In this document: one piece after another, positions 25,501 through 37,583 of the stretch
How the letters are laid out: each line of letters opens with the position of its first letter
Numbering within the stretch: the stretch's first letter is position 1
The notes under the pieces: generated by a model
Told to the model about the DNA's origin: nothing
What the model saw: the letters and a program-made list of their open reading frames with translations, nothing else
The model's database searches: none
Program-made: the position numbers and the translations under genes
Assembly (NCBI RefSeq): GCF_000143415.4
Contig: NW_003314285.1
Span: 1,267,370-1,331,369, forward strand
Direction: 5' to 3'
DNA: 64,000 nucleotides
Origin: Selaginella moellendorffii
Taxonomy: Eukaryota; Plantae; Lycopodiophyta

Positions 25501-28500
25501 GACAAGCTCGAAACTTACTAAATATGGAATGGCGCTAGATTGTGAATTTGGACATGGGATAAACACCATTGTGTTTAAACCGATCTCTACATTCCGTAGA
25601 TATGCCAAATGAGCGAATCTAAAAACTTTCCATAAATAGCATTTGGGACTGAAATGAGACTAACACAAAAGGCATGATAGCGAGGGTGTTTGGCAGACAC
25701 GGTAAGCTATCATCCAGTGATATTGAGGGACTAATCTCAATACGCGAGGGTTTATATCAAGCCAGTGCAAGACAAAGCAAAAGAGAACTAAGAGTCAGGC
25801 CGAGTATGCTCAACTAGAAACACATAGGAGTTCCTACTTTATGTCCATCTAGCTAAGTACAGGTGCTAAACCCACTAAACTAACACTTGAACAAGAGGGG
25901 CTGATAAAAGGAACCAGCAATACCGACCTCTTGCCGTCGTGGCAGTAAAGAAAGAGTGTCCGTAAGGACTGGTCAACAGGTAACTTTCGATACCCGAAGT
26001 CATATTCGCAACACTCTCCCCCCTTTAGGGAAAATCGCCAAGGAAACAACTCTAGAAAAAGTTCACGGTACTCACACTATGTGAGAAATGCACCAACTTA
26101 AATGAGTTAGGAGGCAACCTCTTTGTCTAACGCGGATGCGCTACTAGCTTAGACACCTTCCTGCCGTCGCCGACAAGGAAATGACCAACGGAGTCAGCCA
26201 CCCTTGCTGCTTTGGGTGTCATCCAGCTACAAAAGTGTGATATGGCCCTGCCTGCAAGGATATAGAGAGAGAAGCCAAAGGCCACACACTCCTGAGCAAA
26301 GAAACCAAACCTGTCGGTAAGGTTTAGATAGACTACTGTAAACAGGTAGTTAGAGTTGTTTGCGCGGTCACGCCCTTTCAACAGAATAAGGAACATTGAT
26401 AGAGAGGTGGGTTATGTGACCAGTCAACAGTAGCTACCCCATGACTAGAGATTTCACCATGCACACGAAGTGCCGAAGCCAGTCTACCCATTACTGGCCC
26501 AAACTCAAAGATCAATAGATAGACAATATCAAAGTCAAAGACAATGATATCTTAGTGACTTAATTATTAGTGAATATATCTTAGATTAGAACACAAAAGT
26601 ATTCCAAGTAAGTTATCATCTGATAAACTAGTATTAGAGTATAGGAACCACCAAAATCACTTATCATTGGAAAACATAGGATTCACCATCCAACAAAATG
26701 CAATAGCAAGTATATCATCAAGTAAACTTAATGAGAAAACTTAATTATCGAAGGTTGTAGACAGTATGCCAAACAACTTACTAAAGATAACTCAAAGAAC
26801 ACAAAGTATCATTAACTGACAAGCACAATGCTCGCGAATGTATCACCCAAAGGAAATAACATCCTAATCTATTAGAACTAACTCAAGTAATAATCAACAG
26901 AACAAAATGAATGTTGTATAGCAAACAAACTCTTGTTCATATCAACCATTGCACTAGCTAATCTAAATAGATCCCGATCAACAATACCAAGGAACCAGAG
27001 TTGCTTAAAGCAAGTGTCAGTAACATCCCACCGATGTCTCAAACCCAAGAGACCAATCTAGAGCAAACCACAAAGAACATGTGGTATTGCAAAAAGCCAT
27101 AAGCCATAAAAACAAATAACTAACCATCATGAAAGATCATCAATCATCCCATCAATAAAGAGATGCAAAATCATCGTCTAAGAAGGAATCCACCATCCCG
27201 AAGAATAGCAAATCATTCTATACCAACAATAATCAAGCAAAACTTTTGACAAGGATAATCAATTATCCTAGATGATAGTCAATCATCACCAATTATTGCT
27301 AGATGCAAATACTAACTTCAACATCAAAGCTAGGAGTTAAAATGCCTTCCCCAACAACTCCTAGCAAATGGAGAAATGAGCATAAAAACTCAAGGAACCA
27401 AAAGCTTGAAGAAGTTTATAGCCAAGTCTTGCTTAATAATGATCACGAGTCTTTGCATGAACTAATTTCAATGCTAAAGAAGAAATCATGGACAACCCAC
27501 AATACCCTCTTCAACACATCCACAAGCCAAACTTTATAATACAAAAGCTAATGAAGAGTATGTTTGCATCAATCCAAAAGCTAAGTATAACGAAACTATG
27601 CTCAACAAGTGATCACCAAACTGATCTTCCATGAATCCATCTATAGTAAGACATAACTCACTTCATAACAAGCACAAGAAGAATCATCAATGATCGATAT
27701 ATCTCAACTAAAATCCAACAAGGATTCAATCACTTCAATACCAATCACTAACTCTTCTCCTCATTAGGCTAGCATAGTCCTCGACTAAGTCATCTTTCAA
27801 GGAAAAGCTAAAGCTCAACCTCAACTAAGCAATCTTGTCTAGAACACAACTAACTCAACTTGCCACTCAATTCATTTGACGTTAACACAGTTGCTAACTA
27901 GCAAATGCATAAATGCTAACAACACAAAGCTAAAGCCAAATCATCAACACTGTCTTCATCGAGACTAATGAAACTTGATATCAATCTTTTCAGAGAGACA
28001 TCTCATCTCATTCGAATCTCAATATCAACAATGTCAATGACAAGGCATCATTTCAATGCCATCAACACCATAACAAAGCTAAAAGAAAGCACGAGTGAAT
28101 CACCACCCAAAACTTTCTAGCAACCAAGCTAACCAAAGTCGAAGATACTTTAGTCAGTATCTGAGACCAATCCTTCAGCAAACTCAGTTATAGATATCAC
28201 TCCCTCAAGGAGTGAATCATCACGTCCAAGACTCAATGAAATCCAACACTACAGACTAAATGTAACCAAATGATATCAACAGAGGTAGAGTCGACATGCC
28301 AACATAAAAAACTCATGTAAGTCTAACAACACGATCCTCCGCAACACCATCTGGTAAAGCAAGCCCATCACTGCTAAATCATCATCGAGCAACGCAAGTC
28401 CTTGACGAAGTCTACAAGTAATCACTAGTTGCAAAACAACTAACAATCACTCCTCAACTTGCCTTCACAAGACCCAAACACCAACTCTTGTCATCAAGTT

Positions 28501-31500
28501 ATATACTTGTCCAATATGAACATGATACCCTAGGTACGAAATAAAAATTCATAGACAAGCACAAACTAAATGACCACTTGAATCCAACTCAACCACAATA
28601 AGCTCACTAATGCATTTAGTCAATAGCTCTGAGCATGCCTTGAAGAGGCTAGCTATGTGATCAACACTCAGTCGAAACTAAAGTGAAGACCATGAGATGG
28701 ACTCATATCGGTACACAACCTCTTCATAGATAAAGCTATAGTACGGGTACTAACATCTCAACCTCAAACAACTAAGTTGGACATCACCATCCTCAGCCAA
28801 GGCGCAGGGCTACCAAGACTAAGTCAAGATCAACGAGAGCTCACTACTCTCATAGAGTCTTAGTGAAATGCAAGGTGCAACCTGCCACCGAGCATAATGC
28901 TACAAAAGAAAGGCACAAGGGTCACCCTTCTTAGAAAAGCGCAATGGCCACTTTTCTACATCAACTTCAGACTCTATTCAACTCGATTGCCTTAGCCCCA
29001 AAAGTCAGCATCCCTTTTGGGCCGCATCATACAAACTACCTACTAAGATCTAAGCCAACCGAAGTCAACTCCAACCTCTTCACTAGTTTGTATTGGCTTA
29101 CGAAAACGGAATGGTTTTTGGTAAAGTGACCAACAGATCAGCCATTAAAGAAGTCTAAGAAAATTTGTGGAAAATTTCCCATCCTAAAGAAAGAATGACT
29201 CTCAGTCCAGGATTGCAAACTTTCAAGACTCAACCAACTTCCTCCTACCTACAACTTCATATAGGTTCATCTCAACACAAATTCTCATGATCCAACAATA
29301 TGTCTAAGCATCGAACATCTTTGCCCATCTAACCGATATCCAACACCGACATTCCTAAAGTGCAAAATGAACATCCAAGGCTTGATCACGAAAACTATAT
29401 CTTCGGATATCCAAATTGCACTAACACTCTTCTTCAACCACCTTCAAGATCCAATATGAAGCTTAATACACTAACAAAAAAAATGACATGGAAAATCAAG
29501 GTCGAAGGAAAATTCCTCATCACTTGAAATAACAATGCCACTTCCACCAACACTAGTGCTAGTGATGTTAATGCCTCAACTACACACCTTTTCTATCCAA
29601 CAATTTACTCCAAGTGTTAACAGATCAACTGACAAGCCATAGCAAGTGAATTCTATAACCCTTTTCCAACACCTAATGGGCAAACTCAAGGAAACAAGGT
29701 GCCAACTTAAGCTTAGCATAATGGACCACCATTGAGAATCCAGTTAAAGCTACTACAATGCTACTTCGTGCAAGTAGACTAGCTTCTCCATCAACCACTT
29801 TGGGGTTGATCATCATTTACCCAAGCAACTTCGTAAACACATTGCTCATTATCATATGGATATGATATAAATCATAATGACTTGATCATCAATCAAGCAA
29901 CACTATGAGCAATGCCCATATCACTACTACAAAGGTTTATGTGAATATCAAGTGTCAACTCAATTCGACAAAATGCAACATAAATGCCACACCCCACCAA
30001 TAGAGATTTATAACACTTAATACCACTAACTTTTGTTCACAACACAGACAAGCTCATGCCACTCTCTTTCTGACCAATCTCAAAACTAATCCAACACCAT
30101 ACTACACAAGGAGCAATAGCAAGGTTCCCTGGAAAAGAATTAAACATTGTAACCCAAGTTTTCCAATAGCAAGCCTAGACAAAATGGTATAGTGCTTCAC
30201 TGCTATCCATCCCACAACTCACCACTTGTAAGACCACCATAACCAACATGCATTAAGGTAGGGACTCTTGATTGTATAATGTGAACATGAGCAATGAGTT
30301 AATACCTCGTTATAGATTATCTCTCCAAGAAGAAAAAATGATTTACGTATTTGATCCTCCGTCTCTAACAACTCTCTTTTCGGTCTCATCTTTAACTAAA
30401 CCTCAAACTTGCATTTGCATTGCCTTCAGTTCAATCCAAGAAAAGTTTATGAGAGAGCACAGCAATGATTACTTAAACCAATAAACTAATCCCTACAATT
30501 TTAATTGATCCACTCATAATCATTCTTGGGAAGAATCCACTACTGCCGTGCTAAATAGCTACGGACTAGCCTATTTGCCACTCATAGCAAACCCAGGGAG
30601 GTTTGCTTTCACCCATGGTACATGGAACAACTTACGGAACCAACGAAACCATCGATAGACTTACATTCAACCTGCCAACTCAAAGTATAACTTCGAGTTG
30701 CTAATGTGCCTCACTCACGAGCCCAAACGCAAACTCATATAATACGGTACAAACGGTAACCAAATCCATACCCAAAGAATGATTGCGAAGTCTTTGCACC
30801 CAAACGTGTACCCACTCGGATCATCGTTTTCATCTCTGGGTATGCAATGAGACTAGTTGCCCAATCTCATTGAATAGTACTCGTTGAGACTCATCCTCTG
30901 ATACCAAATGTAGCGTACGTGGTTTTGACCCTTTATCCTATGGTGATTTACCATAGGATAACACCACGAAGCAGAACCTAAACCCTCTTTATGCCACGTG
31001 ACACATGCCACGTGTCATATTCCACGTGTCCAAAGGACAGTGGTGTGGAACCCAAGGTTCAGGGTCTTGAGCCACTGAACGAAGGAATGGTGCCAAAACC
31101 CCCAAGCACGGAGCCAAGGAGTGACGAAACCAAACCACAGAGCAACTCCTGAGCATGCAGCCCAAGGAGCGTAGGGACAGGGGCCCGGAGCGACTTGGAA
31201 CAGTCCTATAGCAACCAGCATCCCAATGCCAGGACCATCATGCAAAATGGAGTTAAATAGAGTTTGGCGCTATTTTAGCATACCGGTGGCCTAATGCGAG
31301 GATATGGATACTCCACCAGCTAGCATGGTGTGGAGCTTGGGTTTAGACCCAAGCCAGACATAGAACAAGGACAGGCACGCAAGTAGAAGCTAGACTATGC
31401 CTTAGGTTGATCAGCCATGCTCGACCTACCCACCATCCTTATTATACATTTGGAACCCCCCCCCCCCCCCCCCTTTGAGGAACACACGCTTTGGGCTTTC

Positions 31501-32520
31501 ACCCCAAGCCTCCCTTAGTATCAGAAGTTAGTCTCTAGGACAAACTCGAAACTTATTAAATATGGAATGGTGTTAGATTGTGAATTTAAACATGGGACAA
31601 ACACCATTGTGTTTAGGCCAATCTCTACATTCCGTAGATATGCCAAATGAGCGAATCTAGACACTTTCCATAAATAACATTTGGGACCGAAATGAGACTA
31701 ACACAAAAGGCATGATAGCAAGGGTGTTTAGCAAACATGGTAAGCTATCATCCAACGATATTGAGGGACTAATCTCAATATGCGAGGGTTCTTGTCAAGC
31801 CAGTGCAACACAAAATAAAAGAGAACTAAGAGCCAGGCCGAGTATGCTCAGCTAAAAACACATAGGAGTTCCTACCTTATGTCCATCTAGCTAAGTACAT
31901 GTGCTAAGCCTAGTAAACTAACACTTGAACAAGAGAGGCTGATAAAGGGAACCAGCAATATTGACCTCTTGCCATCGTGGTAGTAAGGAAAGAGTGTCCG
32001 TAAGGACCGGTCGACAGGTAATTTTTGATACCTGAAGTCACATTCGCGACATAAGTCCAAGGAAGTGTCGGTCAGATAAACGAGGTAAGCTGACAAATTG
32101 GAAAGGAAAAATTTGTGGTTTATATTTGGTATCAAAGGGGGTCTTGGGTCCGACTCTATTAGTTAGTTAAGAGAATCACACCACATGTTAATTGACATTT
32201 GGTTCAATTTGCTTTGGTTAGGTTTTACCCGAGGGGTAGGGTGTCAAGAGAGCAGGGTTCTTGGGAGAGTTGCAGCTCTTAGCTTCCGTTCACGAGGGTA
32301 TGAACTTGTAGGGAAACGTAGTAAATTGTAAGCAACTAAAGGGAACGACTTGAGAGACAATCAATAGGGTTTAAATATATAAGGAAAAGGCCCATGAATA
32401 ATAATACACCTCCTTTTCCAATCAGTTAAGAGTCTTAGGATATTTGGAGTTAAATGTCCTTAGGTTTGAATAATACTAGGCTAGGTAACCTCCCAAGAAG
32501 TTCAAATTCAAGAGCTTACA
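19580..32520 (-). mobile_element. Ty3/Gypsy chromovirus, decayed and rearranged
   Basis: TSD CTCTT (19575-19579, 32521-32525); 3' LTR 19580-20688 then PPT; minus-strand gag knuckle, protease ILIDTGAS, RT ([18 protein letters not shown]), RNase H, integrase, chromodomain YEVKAILN..VIWKGF..IWEPEENL (~21110-21270). Confidence 0.9.
24979..32051 (-). mobile_element. Nested LTR retrotransposon with decayed interior
   Basis: LTRs 24979-26013 and 30909-32051 (TG..CA); TSD TAAGT (24974-24978, 32052-32056); PBS TGGTATCAGAG at 30896-30906; PPT at 26014-26026. Confidence 0.93.
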
Positions 32521-33944
32521 CTCTTTTTACTTCTTTCATTTTATCAGATTGTGAAGTTTGTGTTTTGGGAAAGCAACATAGAGAATCTTCCACCCCATTT
32601 AAAAGCCTTATTGGCAGTCTTATATATAGTTTGCTCACAACCTAATTTGTCTTTTTCTACTATTGTTCTAAAACATTGATAATTAGCCAAGTTTATTCTC
32701 AAATATATTTAGAGGACACACAATTTTAGCTTAACATATGGAGGAGGAACAACACATAATTTCAATTTGTTGGCATTCTGTGACAATAGCTTTAATGATG
32801 ATTATGATACATCTAAATCTATATTGTTTTATGCTAGTTGAAGGAACTATCCAATATAATAGCAAAAAAACAAGGATATGTTGCTTTGTCCTCCATTGAA
32901 ACTAAATAAATGCCTCAAAACAGATCTTTTGGCTCCATGATTTCCTCTTTAATCTTGGACAACTTTCATTTTCACCAATGCCTCTCTCATATGGACAACA
33001 AAGGTATAATCGTTTAGTGCATTATAAAGTGCTTCTTTATACTAAGTATATAAGAAAGCATGTGTGTGAATAAAAAATAGCTTCTTCAAGTACCAACTTA
33101 AGATCAACAAACTAATATCTTCACAAAACCTCTTGATAAAAAAGCTTTCAAGAAGCATTGTTCATCACTTGGCCTTTCCCAATGCTCAACTCAAAATGAG
33201 AGCAACAGTTGATTGAGTTCTGCATTGGAAGATTGAACTCAACACACCCAATCAGCCCTAAAGCAGCGTGTTCACAATTTACAGCACATAATGTCTCTCC
33301 ATTTTTTGTGCTTCTGTGTTCCAGTCTTCCTTCTTGGTCCTTGACAAATGAGATCTGCGGCAGAGGATCCAACATGGATGCATTTGCAATCTTGAAGACA
33401 TGGATCCTACGCACCAAGAGCTCTCGATCGTGGACAGGCTCCTGAAAGCAGTCGCTAGAGAGAAATGTCATTCCCATCCTTCTGGATTAGAAACTCTTCC
33501 TCGTCAGCAAAGAAAACGGTAGCACCACTAGATGAGAAACCCTGCCAACCTCCACTCCATCGACCCATTCTTCTGGATGAGATCAATTTTTATGCTGGCT
33601 TTCCACCGGATTAGAATCCACTCCACCACTAACAAGAATTTTTATCTCCGGTTGTGGAGGTGGAGGTTCTGGACATTTTTAAAGTAGAATTTAAAAAATT
33701 CCACTTCACTTTCTATTAGTTGTGTCAACCCTTTCTATTACTGAACTTGATTTAATTCGATTTTTTCCTTGCAGCGGGGCTGTTGGGAATTTGCATCCTC
33801 CAGGAATTTGAGCAGCCGTGGCTGAACTTGCTTTCCCATGGCCATAGCCATTTGACGTTGGACAAGGCCAGCCTGCGGCACCTTAGAAACAATGGAAAAT
33901 CCACAAGAGAGCTCGGGTGCCAGTGCCTGGACAAATGCCCAAGG

Positions 33945-34439
33945 GACAAGACTGAGTGAACTGCCCTTTCTACTTGAAGATGGGTGCCTGTTGACACGGG
34001 ACCGATGCTCGAGAGCACCTAAGCAGAGCTGCACTTTTCTGCTCAACAATTTGTATCAAAGCCCAGAGATCACCCCCGGTCAGGCATATAGAAACACTGC
34101 CATCCCCAAGGAAGAGCTCCAGAAGGACTTGGATGCGTTCTACCTACAAGGACGTGTTTAAGGAGGTGAGCAACCACAACAAGGTGGACGCACTCAAGAT
34201 CTCCAACAACTTCGGCAACCATCTGGCTGGGAATGTTTACGTCCCGTTTCGGCATACGGTTGCAGCTATGGCGGCGCTGAACAGGAGGTTTTACTCCGGG
34301 CGCCCGATCGCGGCCTAGTTCTCCCCCGTGACAGATTTTCGCGAGGCATCTTGCCGGCAGGAGGAGCAAGGAGGGTGCAGCCGCGGTGGATGCTGCAACT
34401 TCTTGCACCTTTATCATCCCAGCAAAGCTCTGATGAGGG
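33945..34439 (+). pseudogene. U2AF35: U2AF35 (U2AF small subunit) pseudogene, copy 1
   Basis: Frameshifted [65 protein letters not shown]. Confidence 0.88.
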
Positions 34440-34826
34440 AGCGTGAGTTTGACTTTCGCACAACCAGTTGAACTAGAAAAAGATACGAGGCAATGGATGG
34501 GTGGCTGCAGGCACAACGCAAATTGATTGGAGGACATCTCATTCCGTTGATTCCTCTGACACTACCATCGCCATCGCCGCCGTCTTTTGTTGACTGGGCG
34601 TTGCCGGCTCCATCAAGTCGAGCGATCTCCAGAGGGGGCATTGGCCAGTGATCCTGCATCATGAACCAGTCTGGACTCTGGATGTTTTTCCGGACGAGGA
34701 TTAAACCATCCGGAGACGCAATCATTACAGACTCCCTCATGTAGTTCCAGCAGTATGCTCCAAGGCACTCGGAGACACCCTGCGCCGCTGCGTCCTATGG
34801 CCCTTCGAATCGAAAGAACCTTCAGC

Positions 34827-35290
34827 GCCCTCATCAGAGCTCTGCTAGGATGATAAAGGTCCAAGAAGTTGCAGCATCTGCCGCGGCTGCACCCTCCTTG
34901 CTCTTCCTGCCGGCAAGACGCCTCGCGAAAATCCGTCACAGGGGAGAGCTCGGCCGCGATAGAGCGCCCGGAGTAAAACCTCCCGTTCAGCTGCTCCTCC
35001 GAAACTGGACGTAAACATTGCATTCCCGGCCAGATGGTTGCCGAAGTTGTTGCAGATCTTGACCTTGCCGTGCTCACCTCCTAGGTAGAACGCATCCAAG
35101 TCCTTCTGGAGCTCTTCCTTGGGGATGGCAGTGTTTCTGCATGCCTGACCGGGGGTGACTTTGATACATGTTGTTGAGCAGCAAAGTGCAGCTCTGCTTA
35201 GGCTTTAGGTGCGCTCTCGAGCATCGATCCCTGCGTCGACAGGCGCCCATCTTGAGGTAGAAAGGGCAATTCACTCGGTCTTGTCTTTCC
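34827..35290 (-). pseudogene. U2AF35: U2AF35 pseudogene, copy 2 (inverted)
   Basis: [31 protein letters not shown]; ICNNFGNHLAGN; LNGRFYSGRSIAAELSPVTDFREASCRQ; spread over three frames. Confidence 0.88.
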
Positions 35291-35791
35291 TAAGTCTCAA
35301 GAGAAGCTCTTACTCGGGTGATTCATTTCGTTCTTTGTTTTGTAACCTTGACTGAATTCTTCTGTTTGGCAGGATAGAAGCGCAAGTGGCGAGTTTTGAC
35401 TGTTTGCATGTTTAGTCGTGTTCCAGAGGATCTAAATCTAACAAGAGAACCCAGTGGGACCGAGGGGAAAGCAACAGCCTTCTGCACTGGACTAGCAAGC
35501 ACGCTTTTGCACTTTCTTTCCCCTTCTAAATGATTTTTAACCTTCTTCCAGAGACAGGGGAGAGGGCACACTGCACTGATCTCCAAGGTAAGCATTCCTA
35601 GCAATCGATTTGTCGCTGAGAAGATTAACTGGTAGGTCAGTGTTGCTTCCTTACAGCCATGGCTTCCTTGCTTTTTCATGCAAGCCAGATCGCTGAGAAG
35701 CAAAGAAGCAGCAGCCGCTCAGAAGTGCATTTAAGGAGGACAGCGGCTGGGTTGTGTCAGTGCGGCCTTCCTGTTGGTGACAATTGTAGCC

Positions 35792-37300
35792 ATGGCTGGA
35801 GGGGATGAGGTTCCGGAAATGGGATTCGTGGAGAGGAGCGGATGCCAGTTTACAATCAACGGAGAACCATTCTACTTCAACGGATGGAACTCGTATTGGC
35901 TAATGGCGAGATCTGTGGACGAAGCCAACAGGATCAATGTCCAAGACATGCTCAAGGAAGCCGCTGGACTCGGCCTCACGGTGTGCAGGACTTGGGCCTT
36001 CAACGACGCTGGCTACGAGGCATTGCAGCTTTCCCCTGGCAAGTATGACGAGAAAGTCTTCCAGGTTGGTGCTTTGTAGAAGTTGTGTCTTTTAAACATG
36101 CTGTTGAGATGCCAGGCCTTGGACTATGCGATCGAGCAAGCAAAGCAGTATGGAATACGACTGCTGCTCGTTTTTGTAAACAACTGGGACGACTATGGTG
36201 GAAAGTCACAATACTGCAAGTGGGCTCGAGAGGCGGGTGTGGACGTTGATACTTCCACCACAGATAGTTTCTTCTCGAGCCCCTCCACGAAAGATTTCTA
36301 CAAAGCGCATATCAAGGTACAAAAGCTGTCATTTCTATGCAGCACTTAAAACTTGGCTTGTTTGGGAGCTGCAGGCGATTGTGACAAGAGTTAACAGCAT
36401 CAGCGGGATTCCATACTCGGAAGATCCCACCATTTTTGGATGGGAGCTTATGAACGAGCCGAGGTGCCTTGCCGACAAAACTGGAGATCTGCTTCAGGCA
36501 TGTTTTGAAAATGCAGAGAAAGTCTTATCTGCTAAACTTTTACTCTTTCCTGGCAGCACTGGATCGAAGAAATGGCGAACTATGTAAAATCGCTCGACTC
36601 CAAGCATCTCCTGACAGTAGGACTAGAAGGTTTCTACGGAAAGTCCAGCCCCGAGAGCCTCGTTGCAAATCCTCAGGATTGGTGCCAGTACCTTGGCTGC
36701 GATTTCGTGAGAAACCACTTAGTGCCGAGCATTGACTTTGCGACAATACATGCGTACCACGATGCATGGTAAGTAGAAAGAATGGAAACTTTTCTCATGT
36801 TTTCCTGGTTTTGTTCCAGGAGATCGGACTTGGACATTACTGGACTGATGAAACAGTTCAAGCGATGGGTGAGAATGCACGCGCAGGACACTGAGGAAAA
36901 GCTCCAAATGCCGCTCGTCATCGCGGAGTTCGGCCTCTCGAATCGATTTGGAGTGCGATGCCAGCGACACATGTTTAAGTCCCTCTTCGACGTCGTCTAC
37001 GAGTCCTCCATCCTGGGAGGAGCAGCGGCTGGAACAATGATCTGGCAGCTCCTTCCGGAAGGTATGGATGGATTCAAGGACTCATACGCGATCGTTGCTT
37101 CGCAGGAGCCAGTGATCTCCAAGCTCCTGGCTTTGCAGTCGCAGCGCTTGAAGCTCGCGATCGAGCTCCATCGCACGAATCAGTGCCTTCTCGTGGAAGA
37201 CGAAGTGGAAGGAAAAGAAGAAGAGAAAGAAGAAAGCTGGCTCTTTGGTCTCAAGAAGCTCTCCATATGCGGAGCTGGTCACAACAAATACTCCATTTAA
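35792..37300 (+). CDS. MAN: Endo-1,4-beta-mannanase (GH5 subfamily 7), 5 exons
   Basis: FYFNGWNSYWLM, RTWAFND, NNWDDYGG, WELMNEPR (acid/base Glu), VIAEFG (nucleophile); start codon uncertain. Confidence 0.92.
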
Positions 37301-37583
37301 ATTGGCACAACTCGCAAACGAGAAATGAATATTCCGCTATCGTTAATAAGACTTGACGGCATTCACTTCACTCTTTGTCCACTAGGGTTTAGATCTGCCG
37401 CTTGGGAGGGCCAAGCGAGGCGAGAGATCCGGCGCTCCTCACCAGATCGGAGCTACGCGCGGCTCTCGGCGTGAGCTCCTCCTTTGGATCTGCGGGAGCA
37501 TTGGTTTGATCTCTTGTATTTCCTTCCGCAGGAGCTGGGCAGCTGCGAGCCGGATTTGAGGCGCTTAGGCTGCGCGGGGCAAC

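Larger units (their letters stand above)
16740..33190 (+). mobile_element. Old Ty1/Copia relic split by later insertions (pieces ~16740-16881, 18562-19579, 32521-33190)
   Basis: gag start IKTFDSSNFIEWK; knuckle CKYCQKGSH; protease FLLDSSATS; pre-integrase GNLYYL...CEVCVLGKQHRES joined across the insertion; RNase H VALSSIE and NIFTKPL; integrase/RT mostly deleted; LTRs not found. Confidence 0.85.

Noticed and set aside
4153-32520. Hammerhead ribozyme (retrozyme) in the non-autonomous elements
   Set aside because: No CTGANGA..GAAA core with proper stems seen by eye
34440-34826. Spacer ORF with faint methyltransferase-like PDGLILVRKN
   Set aside because: Too short and weak to assign
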